A stretch of 63,823 nt of DNA, filler included, from Licmophora abbreviata (Eukaryota): the NCBI GenBank assembly GCA_900291995.1. It is 8 parts of 8 records of this genome, joined end to end, with 100 filler letters (N's around TTAATTAATTAA, not from the genome) between each part and the next. Parts side by side here need not be neighbours in the genome. Positions count along the whole stretch, not along the records: positions 18,721 to 33,182 come from OLMU01000237.1; positions 33,283 to 43,946 come from OLMU01000238.1; 6 more parts are not named here. One strand, written 5' to 3'. The number at the start of each line of letters is the position of its first letter. The first letter of the stretch is position 1. The notes beneath the pieces are model-generated. The model ran no database searches, had not been told where the DNA came from, and was given only the letters and a program-made list of their open reading frames with translations. This document shows positions 23,954 through 37,071 of this stretch, piece by piece. The position numbers and the translations under genes were made by a program.

Positions 23954-26289
23954 ATGTCCACTTTTGAGTCCGACGGTCCCCCGGACCCCATTGTTTATCT
24001 GCGTCCGCACAACAGCAGCGAAGTTGACCTCGAGACGCTGCGGAAGCTCGATTCGGAGGATGTTCATGACTACTTCGAAAAGCGGCGACGGAACTCATCC
24101 CAGGGATCTGCAACGAGCGCCGCCGGCGACAAGCAGTCTCGTCACCAGGATCCCCCTGCGCGAGCGCGTCCGGACGAGGGAGAGCCATGGCCGCATCGTG
24201 ACACGCTTTCCTTTACGAGGAGTTTGATCTTTTACGGAGCTGGTGCCGTGACCGACGAACACGTCAGGGCGTGTTTGTTCATTCAAGAGGCTCGCCAATT
24301 GAGGCAAAAGTACTTTGGAGGCGCCAACAATCAGCTCGCAAATGTTGAGTTACTACAGGACCTCGCCTTGACCTTTCAGTTTGGCTCCGACGGTGTCGTC
24401 GAACTGCAGCATCCGATGCATCCGGATCGACCATGTGTCGTGGTTCCAAACATCGACGAGTTTCATGCTGAATACAAGCGCCTGGTGGAGATGGTCTCCG
24501 ATGGGGCAATGCGGTCATTTTGCTTTCAACGACTCCAGCTCTTGTCGAGTGCCTTCAAGATGCACGTTACCATGAATGGCGCCAGTGAATCCGCGGAACA
24601 ACAAACCTTGCTTGGGACTGACTTTTATCGCACCATGAAGGTAGACAATCATATTCATGCCGCTGCAGCACCGTCTGCTAAACAGTTTGTCAACTTTGTA
24701 CGGAACAAACTCGAAACGGAAAGTCATGTGGAAGTGGCTCCGGGCAAAACGTTGTCGCAAGTGTTTGAGGAGGCAGGACTCGACATGGAACATCTTACAA
24801 TTGACGCATTCGATGTGTTGGCCGACTACTCGGTTTATCAGCGCTTTGACAACTTCAACACAAAGTACAGTCCGTTCCGCATGGCAGACATGCGACGCAT
24901 ATTCTTAAAGACCACCAATCACATGGGCGGACGCTATTTTGCCGAGCTGCTGAAGATTGTATTGGCCCGCCACGAAACGTCCAAGGGACATAACTCGGCC
25001 GCTGAGATGCGTCTCAGCATTTACGGCATGGAACGTCACGAGTGGTTCGACCTTGCCAAATGGGTATTGCACGACTGGTCGGAAGGTGATTTTCCAGGGC
25101 CCATGCTTTCTACTCACAATCGATGGTTGATACAAGTGCCTCGCCTATGGCGTATCTATCGCAACAAGCCCGGGTGCTCCGAGGACAGGTCGTTCCAGGA
25201 AATGTTGGACAACCTGTTCATACCTTTGTTCGAAGCTACGCTCTATCCAATCGAGCATCCTGAAGTAGCAGAACTCCTGAAGCATATCGTAGGATTCGAT
25301 TCAGTCGACGACGAGGGAACTCACGAGGTGCGGCTCGTTCTCATTGCCAGTCATCTTGCTTTCTGCCCCTTTCGCTGCTCATCGCTGTGTCTTCGCATTG
25401 CATCTCCACCATCTCAACAGGAATCATGTCAAAACCAAAGACCTATGGAATGGAAGGATGAACACAACCCGTCATACTGGTGGCAGCTTTACTTTCTTTG
25501 GGCCAACTTGGAAGTTCTAAATCAGCTTCGCGCGGCTCGCGGGCTCAATACATTCGCCTTTAGGCCACATTCCGGAGAAACTGGCAACCCGATGCACCTA
25601 GCAGCGACATATCTATTGTGTCCTTCAATTAACCATGGCGTCAACTTGGATAAGCAAGTCTCTCTTCAGTACCTTTACTATCTCGATCAGGTAAATTCAG
25701 TCATGTCGGAGTGTACCGCAAGCCGACGATGTGAAGCCTCAACTATTTCGACTCTCCCTCCGACCGAACAGATTGGTTTGTCTGCAGTCCGCTATCGAAC
25801 AACTTTCTCTTTCGCAAAATCGCACAGAATCCATTCCGTAAGTTATTCAATCGCGGCTTGAACATTACCCTATCAACCGACGACCCGCTCTTGTTTCACA
25901 TGTCGGACGATGCGCTACTGGAAGAATACTCTGTGGCTCGCGCTTCGTTCGATCTTTCCATGACCGATGCTTCAGAGATTGCACGCAACTCTGTTCTGCA
26001 GTCGGGCTTTGAAGAAGACCTTAAGAAGGAATGGCTTGGCGACGATTATAGAAGAGGGGTCACGTTCTGTGATGAGAAGAAGACGCATGTGCCTCTGATA
26101 CGAGCCAAGTTTCGGGCAGAGCATCTTGCTATTGAGCACATGATTGTCGAACTCTATTCTGCGGGCAAGGGCGACGCTGTGCTGCAAGAAATGAAGGTTC
26201 AGTTCGGACTGGCGCGCGACGCACACCGCCGTGTCTTACTCGACAACTTTGACGAGGTGCCGTCGTTTCCAGAACAGAACCAACTCTAA
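23954..26289 (+). CDS. AMPD: AMP deaminase
   Basis: KVDNHIHAA, FDNFNTKYSP, GFDSVDDE, FRPHSGE, INHG, SPLSNN, LSTDDPL. Introns 25328-25420 and 25691-25771. Apparent 1-nt deletion at about 25785. Confidence 0.93.
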
Positions 26290-26432
26290 TAACTTGACAC
26301 AAGAAGGGGGAAGAGTTGTAAAAACGAATTAACTAGCAATGCTTAGATCATTACTTTTATTACGATCGTAAATGCCGCCATGAGTTTGTCCGCTGCAAGT
26401 GGATCGCTGTGCGAATCATGGCCAGCAGATTC

Positions 26433-29158
26433 TTAGCGCTTCTGTCCCGACAGGAGCGTGTTTAGGATCTCCTTGGAGTACTTGAGTCGCTTCGCTAGCT
26501 CGGCGTTGGATCCAACTAACTCGTCGGTGAGAAAGTATGTACCCCGGTTGCGATTCTTGTCGACGTAGGTCAAGTAGCGTTCGTCTGGTGTGAGCAGAAC
26601 CTCGGTTTGATCGTGGAAGACGATTTGGACCGTTTGGTCGCTAAGACGGAGGAGAACAGCATGCTTCGCGCGCACCCATTTCTTCAAGTAGATGAGCGGG
26701 AGCGAAGGGCCGTCTTTGACACTGTTGTTGGAGGAGCACTCGTCTGCTTCCTTCTTTTGCTGTTCGATCAAGTAGTTATGGAAGTGCTTCAGTAGAGTGA
26801 CCTTCTTCTGAAGCGTGTCAGGGTATGATGCGAGCGAATGAGTCTCGACGAAAGGCTCGGAACGTTTCACATTCTCGGCTGAGTTTGCCGTTGGCTGTCG
26901 TCGTTCAATGTACTGGAAGGAGTCACCGCCCTTGTCCAGGACCGATTTCGTCGAGTCGTTAAAGTACACGCCGGAGCTGTCCATACGAAAAGACGACGCG
27001 AGAAGGTTAGACACGATCACAGCGATAGGGTATCGAAAGTAGGCTTGATCCGAATGGTCTTATGGCACATACCTTCCGTCATTCAACAAAAATCCCATGC
27101 CGTACTTGGTCGTGTAGTCCACGTAGCGAGTCACCCATACCTTTGGACCTCCGCGAGACACTGGCTGAGGTTTGGACCCGAAGAGTTCGTTCCGCGTTTC
27201 CGCGACATCCAGAACTGCGGACACTCGATCCAACATCTTAAAGAGAATCTCTTCGTCGGTGTCGGTAGATGCTACATTCCCCATCGCATCATGCTCCATG
27301 GTCAAACGCTCTGACTCCAGAATCAATGCAGCAGCTTTGGAAGTAAGCTGTTCGATACTGCCCGGGGCCAGGTCTGTCGGCGAACTGGACTGGCGAGAGT
27401 GAGACCGTCGCGCATCTCGGGACGACGAATGTGTATCGGACTCGTCATATATCTGAAAAGCTTGTCCACCCTGGGATGCAGTTCCAGAGGTTGCCGTGCC
27501 TCGAGCGTGTCCATCCTGACCACGATTGTCGGCATTCGGATCCTTCTCCGTGAGCGGTTTGCGACGCGTCGATCGGGGCAGTCGTTGCTGCAGTGTCTGT
27601 TTCTGGGACGGCCGAAAAGAGTTTTCGTCGTCCTGGAAAGCCACAAGTTCTCCGTACTTACTCAAACGCCACTCGGGTGCAACGCGAGTCGCATTTGCTG
27701 GCAATGCAGAAGGAATCTGGGCATCGTGAGCTGTGAAAAAGGCGTGCGACTGGATTATGTCAAGGGACGGACTGAAGTACGACAGGAAAGGAGATGAGCA
27801 AACTGCGGCAAAACCTAGAATCATGGATCATAAACAAACACGTACCGCATCCGAGGATTCGACTGCAACATGGACTCTACAAGGTCCTTTGCATGAACCG
27901 AGATTGGTACGTGGCTAGGAAAGCTGTACTCGTTCGCGATGATTCGCTGGTAAGTCGCCTTGACGTCTTTGGCCTCGTACGGGGGCTTTCCAACTAGAAT
28001 CGTGTACAGGATGACTCCCATTGACCAGATGTCTACTTCGAAGGAGTGCCCTCGGGTTTCCTTGGTGCCTTGAATCACTTCCGGAGCAATGTAGTTGGGC
28101 GTCCCACAAATCGTCTTCCGTTTCTCATCCGTGGTCTCCAGCCGTGTCGCAAGTCCCAAGTCCCCGACCTTGATCTGGAGATTCCTATCAAGGAACAAGT
28201 TTCCGAGCTTTAGATCGCGGTGGATGACGCAGTTTTGGTGCATGTAGTCGACGGCCTCGATCAACTGCTGCATAAAGTAGGTGGCCTCCGGTTCCGTGAG
28301 ACGCTTCCGACGCTTGATCATTTCGTTCATGCTTTGGTTGTGACACAGTTCAAGTAGAATGTAGCAGTTCACCTTGTCTTCGAAAAAATGCTTGTAAGCG
28401 CAAACGTGTTTGTGGTTCAGCGTGCGATGAATCCTGATCTCCGTTTGCAGCTGCGGTTCAATGATGACAAGGTGGAAACATGAGCGAGAGAAAGAGTTAG
28501 CACGCATATTGTAGAATATATCGTTCGAGAGCACGGCATACTTCAATCACATTCACAAACGCACCTTCTGACGCGCTCTGGCCTTAACAAGGTTCGCTTT
28601 GGGCACAATCTTGACCGCATAGTTTTTGTTGGTGTCGAGAGCCGTGCACATGTAGACTTTCGCAAAGCCGCCCTTGCCGAGCATTTTCCCGCGGATGTAT
28701 TGATGGTATGTGAAGCCGTCACCGTCGACCTTCCGACGCTTCTCTTCAATCATGATCTCCCCTTCCGCAGCATTCGAAGTCTTTCCAGAGGACGTCATCT
28801 TGAAGGAATCGCCGGTCGCCGAAGACGTCGACGGTGTCGTCCTAGGAAACGTCGATCTGGAACGCGTTGTTGACTTGGAACGAGAACCTGTGCTGTTCGC
28901 CAAGCTGGCTTCAGGATCGACACCAAGCGAACTGCTACTAGATCCTCTTCGAAACGTTTTGGAAGAGGAGCCATTGATGGAAGCGAGACGCTTGTTGTTT
29001 TCATTGTTGGAAGACTCCAGAGTGGAGAGGCGGCTCGCGTAGTTTTTGGACGCTACGTCATCAGACGAAGAGGCAGAAACCGAAGACTTCATGCTGTTCA
29101 AGACGTTTGTGTTCCGCGGCTGCAGCGGCATCCTCGCGGAGGATCCGGAACGTGCCAT
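26433..29158 (-). CDS. PLK1: Polo-like kinase
   Basis: GKGGFAKV, HRDLKLGN, DLGLA, TICGTPNYIAPE. Polo boxes WVTRYVDYTTKYGMG, GVYFND, QIVFHD. Introns 28451-28564, 27772-27845 and 26977-27072. Confidence 0.96.
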
Positions 29159-29828
29159 GACGCAGTGAGAAGTCGATAGTGACCAAAGACGGCGAAGCCC
29201 GACGAATACAAGCACTCCAGCAACGAGCAACGAAAACCGTGTCTGTCCTGCAAATCCAATCAGACCAGCTACTCCAAAACGAACTGAGGCTACGCTAGAA
29301 AGGCTTCCTTCCGTCTCTTCTAAAGCGATAAGCAAGACGTCCAATGCCAATGCCGACGCGATGTTCTTCACAGACGAGGATGGATGTGCACGAAAGCACC
29401 TCCAGCTTGATGATGTTGTGAATGCTCGCTTGCCGGACATCAAGGGTTGATTGGCGTTAACGTGCATTTCATACTGAGAGCTACGTAGATTTGAATTCAA
29501 AAGGAAACGTCTGCCTGCAACAATATCCAACACACAGACTTGTATATGTCATTTATTTTGTGACATTCTCGATGTCCCAATCCATAAATAACAACTGTGG
29601 AACACGATGCGTGACAGGCCCAATGCGACATCTCGATACAGCGCGCTGTGCTCTGAGTCGAGTGTGTCGTTTGTCTTTACTCGCGAACCGCAAAGACAAT
29701 CGAAATCGCGACTCGACCACATGGAGGCATGTTTGATCGAGATGGACATGGTGTTCCTTTGTCTCCCGCTCCATTAGCGTCAGAGTGTCCTTTTCATTAA
29801 TCGATTCTCTATTGACCCAAAAGAAAGT

Positions 29829-30346
29829 ATGAATAACGCTCGAGAACAGCTTGATCGGCTCTTTGCTTTTGACGCCATTGCGTCGGTCATCTTTGGCGTG
29901 CTGTCGCTGCTTGCGCCTCACGGAGTGCTGCAATCCCTTAATGGTGGGTCCTACGATCACAACGTGCACGAGGTCTTTCGGTATGTACCTACTTGCGGTG
30001 TAACAGCGGCGGCAAGCTGATGGAAGAGCTCATCCTTGCTCTCACTTCCAATTTGTGTAGCTTGTACGGGTGTCTCCGTGTGGCGTGCGGCTGGATTCTG
30101 TGGCATGTGCGTGCCGTCGACGATGGCAAGTTCCGACGGTCTGTCTGTGAAGCCCTGTGCTTCTGCTATTCACTGCAGGCTTTAGCGGTAGGACGTGCTC
30201 AGCTCACAGACCGACATGTATGGTTCAACTGGCTGGCCATTTCTATCTTGCTGATCCTGGCGGCGGCGTACGGATCCTTTCGCTTTCGCAGAGGTGGGAA
30301 TCTCATCAAGATATACGAATTGCCGACAGCATCGACCTTGCAGTGA
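29829..30346 (+). CDS. Small 4-TM protein, TP53I11/PIG11-like
   Basis: Intron 29981-30060 creates the motif FRLYG. Four hydrophobic segments. Resemblance to TP53I11 is from memory. Confidence 0.6.
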
Positions 30347-30778
30347 GGCTTGCCGCTATCGTACCCGATGGAGCGATACAGAGTCTACTGTACCTCCTTT
30401 TGAATCGGGAACGCAGCGTCGGAGCCCGCGTTCGTGTGGCCATGAGAACGACGGATCGACGCGCCCTCTTTACTCCTTACGCGAGATTGCCATGTATGAG
30501 TCAAGTCTGACAACGCGATACGTCTATTGTCGCATGCGACATGTCTCCTCTGTGGTTCTAGCGAAACCATGAGGTCAAAGCAAAGTGCGCAGACTGCAAA
30601 ATACCAAAACGTTGTTCGACCTCTCTCTAGCTAATTTAGCAACGTAAAAAGAGTTATGAATCATACGGATACCTTCATCAGTGTCGATCGTAAAACCATG
30701 CCGATCCAAACGACATGATCACACTCGCACTGCATAAAACGCTGGCAGGCTTGGTGAAGAACAAATTAGAGGAACCCG

Positions 30779-33545
30779 TCAATCGAGAGGGTAGATGGTG
30801 TTGTCAGAAAACACGATAAGTCCCTCATTTTCCAATTCCTTCACAGTCGACAGGATTTCATCGCGATCCTCGACGTCTGTGCAAGCGTCTTCCAGTCCGA
30901 GTTCGCCAGAAGTAGTGACTTGTTCCCAGATACGAGTCTTGAGCGTCTTTGAGCTCCCTGCTTCGTCAAGGCGCATCCGCTTGTTACTTTGTTCCCCCGA
31001 GTCGGATTCCCCGTCATCCGATGCATCGGCCGACTCCCCGTCGTCGGATACATCGACAGTCTTCGCGTTCTCTTTGGCAGTTTGATGCGCGATATCTTCA
31101 TTGTTCTCGTGGTAAAGGGCAAAACTGAGAATATCCATCGCAGCCTTTACGTCAGGCTCGGCTTCGACCACATGGCTCAATCGCGCCTAGGAGAAGAGCG
31201 AAGACACATGTGTGAGTGGATTAAGGCATCATATTCACTCCAGGACCAACTATCTCACACTTACTTTTGCGTGCGCACTAGCGAGACGAATAACAGTTTC
31301 CAAGCTACGAGCGGTCACAGGTAGCGTACGCTCGTCTTGACGGCTTCGCATTTCAGCATATCGGTTCGCGATGCACTCCCGGGCCTCTTCCGTCAATACG
31401 GGCTTGATCCTTGCCTTGGCAAAATGCAAGTACTTTCGTAGAAAGTCATGCTGTAGCACGTCGTTAGCGTGAGAATCAGAATCTTCCTTCGTATTCAAGT
31501 GCGTGTAGGAGGAGGACTGTGAATTTTGGGCGCGAGATCGCTGCCACACAGAGTGCACCCGCTCTGAGCCCCCACTCTCTCCGACTACCTCCGCAACAGA
31601 ATCTTCGTCGTCGTCATCGTAATCGCTATCATGTCCCGTTTGCCCGTTCCCTGGACGATAACGGTGACCGCGAATCACATGCGCGGCAATGCGACGGTCA
31701 GTCTCGGGGTCAAGCTGATCAAGTACAACAAACAGCAAGTCAAAACGACTCAAGAGCGAATCTGGCAGTCCAATGTTTTCTTGAATACGACGCTTCCTAT
31801 CGTACTGTCCATACACAGGGTTAGCAGCCGCCAGAACAGAGCATCGTGCGTTCAGACTCGCGTGGATGCCGGCCTTGGCAATAGTGACGGTCTGCTGTTC
31901 CATTGCTTCATGAATTGCCACGCGATCGTTCTCTCCCATCTTGTCGAACTCATCGACGCAAACCAGTCCACGGTCAGCAAGAACCATGGCGCCCGCTTCG
32001 AGCCGACGCTCCCTTGTTTCCGGATCAGATGTGACGGCAGCTGTGAGACCTACACCGGAAGAACCCTTTCCTGTAGTCGACACTGCCAGTGGTGCAATCG
32101 TCATGGCAGATCGAAGGAGCTGACTCTTGGCAGTCGAGGGATCGCCAACCATGAGTACGTTTATGTCTCCACGTAGATGAGTACCATTTTCAAGATTCTT
32201 CTCGCAGCCTGACAAGAGTTGCAGGGCAAGCGCCTTTTTAATGACAGCGTGTCCATGAATAGACGGAGCCATGCTGCGTCCAAGAATGGAAAGAATGTCA
32301 TCGCGCTTGGCGAGCGATCGAATAGTGCGGATGTCTTGAGGTGAAAAGGTCAAGTGACTGACGTCGCGTCCCAGAATCTGTATATTGTTAGTGAGGACTA
32401 CCGTCTTGAAGACGCCGGTAGAGGTCAATACGCCCGATGTCGAATTTGCAAGAGCACGGTAAACGCCGACGACCTGGACGCGGTCGCCAGGCTTGATGCG
32501 ATCGACGAGATCGTGATCGAGAACGAGTTCGATGGATCGAGGAAGCTGCCCCATCGGTGCACGTTCTGGCATCTCTTGTAGAGTGATGGTTTGGTGATCC
32601 TTGAATGTCGAGAGTCCAAACTCAGTCTCCATTGGATTCCCTTCGCTATCCTTGGTTGGATACACAGAAGATGTGATGTTGATGATGCGGTCAGGTTGCT
32701 CGCGTCCGGACGAGTCTACTGCCTGAAGTCCAAGATGAGGATCCGTGGCGTCAACATAATCACGCGAATGATGCGTGTCGGTCGTAGGAACGTAGTGGAC
32801 CGACTTGACGACCTTCGGTTTGATGGCCGACACCTACGGGATTCAAGCAAGATGAAATGACATCGTAAGCGACAGCGACGACAAAGAATACGAATACCAA
32901 TCACTCTTCTTTTCACTCGAGTACGATCGTACCTTCGTTGCAACTCCCTCCACGCAAACAAGTTGTCGAAGCGAAGACGACGTGAGTTCGCGAGGGCTAG
33001 ATGGGACCGCTCCAACAGGACCAGTCAGGGCCACTTTGATCTGGACATTGTCCTTGTCATAGCCAGGGCGCTCCTCGCTAGCAATCGCATGACACGCTGC
33101 CTCAAGTGCTCTCAAATGACGAAGCGGGTCCAATCGCAAGCGTTGCGACAAGCGAGCATCTTCCGAGCGGATCTCCGCCATGNNNNNNNNNNNNNNNNNN
33201 NNNNNNNNNNNNNNNNNNNNNNNNNNTTAATTAATTAANNNNNNNNNNNNNNNNNNNNNNNNNNNNNNNNNNNNNNNNNNNNTGCTTCCCTGCTCCACTA
33301 TTAGACGACGCTCTGTGGACGTAGTCATCGATTGCCGTTGCTATCCGGTCTATGTGATTGAAACGCTGTATAGACAAGAGAGGAAGAGATGTCAGCGACA
33401 CCGGACAGCCCATCATTGTTTCCCATGTAAAGTCCCAAGCAAAACATATCGTTCGCTCGTCTCTCACCTCACTGCGAAGGAAGTCCTCGAACCTAGCGCG
33501 CAGCTCGTTGAGACTGTTCATTCCTGTATCCATTTCCGCCGCCAT
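30779..33545 (-). CDS. MCM3: DNA replication licensing factor MCM3
   Basis: QEMPERAPMGQLPRS, GDPSTAKSQLLR, VDEFDKM, LLSRFDLLF, PVTARSLET. Introns 33366-33467, 32834-32932 and 31187-31264. Spans the linker at 33183-33282. Confidence 0.96.
33183..33282. other. Artificial scaffold linker (inside MCM3)
   Basis: N44-TTAATTAATTAA-N44. Confidence 0.98.
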
Positions 33546-34307
33546 GGTCTCCTCCGAATGACCAAAATCCTTCACAAAGAACCAGTCAACAATGCCACGC
33601 TGCTGCCGAGCTGTGTCCTCTCGATGTCGGCGATGCCATTTCAAAAGGATCGTTGCTCTGCAGGGCGCGCGCTCCGATTCAAATCGAACCAATTTGTCAG
33701 ATCGTAGACATCTACCGGATACCACAAACCGTACAGATGGCGTAGCAATCCACAGAGCTCTCCGTTGAAGAGAGCCTGTCAAATTCGAATATACCATGTA
33801 TTAAGCTATGAAGGACAGCAATTATGGCTTGCGTCATGTAAGAACAGGCATCTCACATTTTCCATGATGACACGATGACGACTTTGGCGTGACCATCTTA
33901 TTTTTGAGGCCTTCTTCTCTGTGCCTTCGATATGTACGCGTACTCGCGCTTGCATGCAGTCTCTGGAGGACACTGCCCCTGGAAGAAGACTGCCACTGAA
34001 CTCTAATGTTCACGCGTATGACGTGAACTGCGTACCTCGTACGTGTAGACCTACCGAACGTTTCGCGCGTAGAAGTGGCACTGAAATTTGGAACGTGAAC
34101 CTTCGAGGTTGAAAGATCTTGAAACCTAAACACTGAATCTTGTCGAGCACAATTCTTCAGCGGAGTTCACGGTAAGGCTTGTGCTGATGTCGAACATGGA
34201 CGTGTGCTATTGTTTGGGTTATTCAAGCGCTCACTCATCGCTCCTCACTCGATGTCTCTTGCATCCTCATTCTCAAGAAATCGCTATTCTCAACTACGGA
34301 CGGCAGC

Positions 34308-35228
34308 ATGCCTTTTCCAAGTTCTTTGATCAAGGGCCTTGTCAGCTTTCTCGCCATCTCCGCGCTCGCCAGAAACAACGACGTCGAGGCGAAGGGCGAC
34401 AAGAAGTGCGGCGCCTCTCCACTCCCTATTTTCGACGATGATGGATTCAAGTCCTACGATGGCATTACGTACGCCTCGGCGCTTGAGGGCTGGTGGAAGT
34501 TCATCGATTCGGTGGATCCGGAAACGTCCTTCGCAGATGCGCAAAAAAATCAGGACAACGGCGAGATCTTCTACCTCCTTACCACGCCTGATGGAACCCT
34601 CCATGTTCCTCGAGAGGTCAAGTACATCTTCGCCAACGTTGGACGGGCCAGGATCTGGGGAAGTGAGTGGGACGATGACCCGGATTTCGTGCCGGAGGTA
34701 ATCGAGGGCGATTTCCTGAAGTACATCCTTCAACTTCCCGATGATCTCTATTATCAGAGCGAGGAATTGACCGTCCTGGGAGCATCGATTCTAGGAAGCA
34801 TCGAGATGACCATGTTCACCAAGATCCGTAACGAGTGCTACATTGATGGCTGTGAAGTCCGTCGTTGCCGCGACTACATCGCCACCTCCGATATCTTTCA
34901 GTTCGAAGACCTCAACTGGTGGGAAGATGCTCCTAACGACTTTGTCAGGTCGCATGGATTCTTCTTGCTCATCTCCACGGACGACCTAGGAGATGGTCTA
35001 CACACAATTGAGTCTGAAGGTTTCACGAAGAAGTTCAACTACCCTTACCCGACGACCGGTGACAGGGACTGGACCGAATACTACAAGTTGTGCATCGGCA
35101 ATCGAAAGAATTGCAAGGAAGATGGCAAAGGAAAGGGGCGCCACCTTGACATCGGCGTTGAGAAGGAGAGTGATCGCCGCATTCTCAAGAGCGGCAATGC
35201 GCGTGTGGTCTCTGCGGACTACGCCTAA
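34308..35228 (+). CDS. Intronless secreted protein of unknown function (306 aa)
   Basis: Signal peptide MPFPSSLIKGLVSFLAISALA, C-ending codon bias, several Cys residues. Confidence 0.8.
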   Translation: MPFPSSLIKGLVSFLAISALARNNDVEAKGDKKCGASPLPIFDDDGFKSYDGITYASALEGWWKFIDSVDPETSFADAQKNQDNGEIFYLLTTPDGTLHVPREVKYIFANVGRARIWGSEWDDDPDFVPEVIEGDFLKYILQLPDDLYYQSEELTVLGASILGSIEMTMFTKIRNECYIDGCEVRRCRDYIATSDIFQFEDLNWWEDAPNDFVRSHGFFLLISTDDLGDGLHTIESEGFTKKFNYPYPTTGDRDWTEYYKLCIGNRKNCKEDGKGKGRHLDIGVEKESDRRILKSGNARVVSADYA

Positions 35229-35408
35229 CCGTTCACCGGCAAACATCCAGCCCCCGGACCCATCATGAGATGGTTACCAACTCGCAGATAAGGATGCACT
35301 CCAGCGAGCTAGCCAGCATTTCAATAAGGCAATAAAAAGGACAATCCTACACCGATATCTATGGCTTACATTGACATTTAGCTCACGCTATGTATTCAAC
35401 ACCACGTT

Positions 35409-35409
<1 letters not shown>

Positions 35410-35454
<45 letters not shown>
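35410..35454. repeat. (TTG)15 microsatellite
   Basis: Perfect run, 13 bp beyond the stop codon of TLC paralog 2. Confidence 0.95.
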
Positions 35455-35455
<1 letters not shown>

Positions 35456-35467
35456 CGCATCGCTTGG

Positions 35468-36464
35468 TCACAACCCGCTGGATACGCCTGTCGCACCCGA
35501 GTTAGAATCAATCCGAAACCACTGCCTCGTTATCGGCAGAAACAAGTCGTAGGTCCACTTCAGATTCAGCAAGACCAGTACAGCGTGAAGGGGCACAAAC
35601 AAGAGTTGAATGTGCATGATGCTTTGTGTTCGGATGATCCCCTCGTGGGCCATTCGCAGATAGACGACAAGTACACCTGGATAGATTATACAGCGGATCA
35701 CAATCCACGAAGCGTAGAAGGCGCCGGTGATGACATCCGACAGGGGCTTCCGGAAGTCGCGGCGATAGATAAACACTCGCCGTGCGATGAGGAACCAAGT
35801 ATTGATCTCGACGGAAATGATGAGGCCCATGATCCATTCAAACTCTCGAAACTTTAAGGGTCCCAGCAAATACACAATGGCAATAATATGATGCTGCATG
35901 AATATAAGCAGGTGAAGCAGCAGTCGTTGTGAGTTGAATCGGTGAAGACATGCAGACAGCAGGTCAAACGCCCCACAGTAGCTAGCAATGGTGTACCTTG
36001 ATAATCATGCCGGGACTCTTGACACATATTGGGGTTCGGTATACCCACCACAAATCCATTGCAAAGTATGCAAACGTCGCCCCCCACAAGTGAAGAAAGA
36101 ACTGACCATGCCAAGACTCTTCAATTTCGCCTCGGACAAACTGGGCATAATCCCAGTTGGAGAGCGTCAAGACGACGACAGGAATCTACGAATTGAGGAA
36201 AAGAGCAGTAAAAAAGTTGATTGCCGTGAGATTTCTCCGTACGACTCTAACAAAGTACATGGGTTTCACGAGCCAAGGATGCGCCGGCAAATCTGGTACT
36301 GGAATCAAGAGACGACGTACCAGGGCGAATAGATTGAAGATATCATGCTGGTCTCTCGCCAGATCCGCGGGAGAGTCTATCTTCTCAGCATTCCCTTTAC
36401 CCTTTTCGACCACCGCAGTCGGAGAGACAGATTCCACGTTTATGTCACGCTGTCGCGGAGCCAT
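35468..36464 (-). CDS. TLC domain membrane protein, paralog 2
   Basis: ARDQHDIFNLFAL, YFAMD, IIKHH, VEINTWFLIARR, LNLKW. Introns 36186-36320 and 35894-35996. Confidence 0.85.
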
Positions 36465-37071
36465 TCTAGAACTAACGGTATTCGGTATTCGGTTCGATGA
36501 GAAAGGCAAGAAAAGGCACAACACTTTCCGCTTTCAGTCGTTGCACGCAGAGTTCAGAAGCGGCTGTTCTAGTGCAAAGCAAGAAACAGTCAGTCGTATT
36601 CTCTTCACTCGTATGAACAGAGAGAGACCCCAATCGCGAGACGAGTGAAATGATGACCAGCTTCTCTTGCTTGTTTCGCGTCGTCGCATGCTTGCTGGCT
36701 CGTGAGATCTCCGGCTGGAGGACCGACCGTCCAAGTTCAAAGTGTGGAGGTACAGGCTTGCATTTCTACGTAGGAACAAGTAAGGCTTCTACATGCTTAC
36801 CCTTCTATGCATACACAGCGTTGAACAATTCGGGGAGTTCTCATCTGTCCGTCACGCGTGATCGAATCAATCAAATCGAATGAATCAAACATCTGTCGAA
36901 CAACAATCGACGTGTGCAAAAGGCAACTCCGAAAGACCCTCTCGGTCGTACCAGCATAGATACCGGTATCACCAAACTGTTATCCTACAATCCGGCATTC
37001 CGTAATGTAGTATCCACTAAACGAGATCGGAATCGCTGACACTTCAATCGCGCTTAGTTTCAAACGCTAGT

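Noticed and set aside
35390..35857. Poly-Cys ORF on the + strand
   Set aside because: It is a translation of the (TTG)15 microsatellite and lies antisense to TLC paralog 2.
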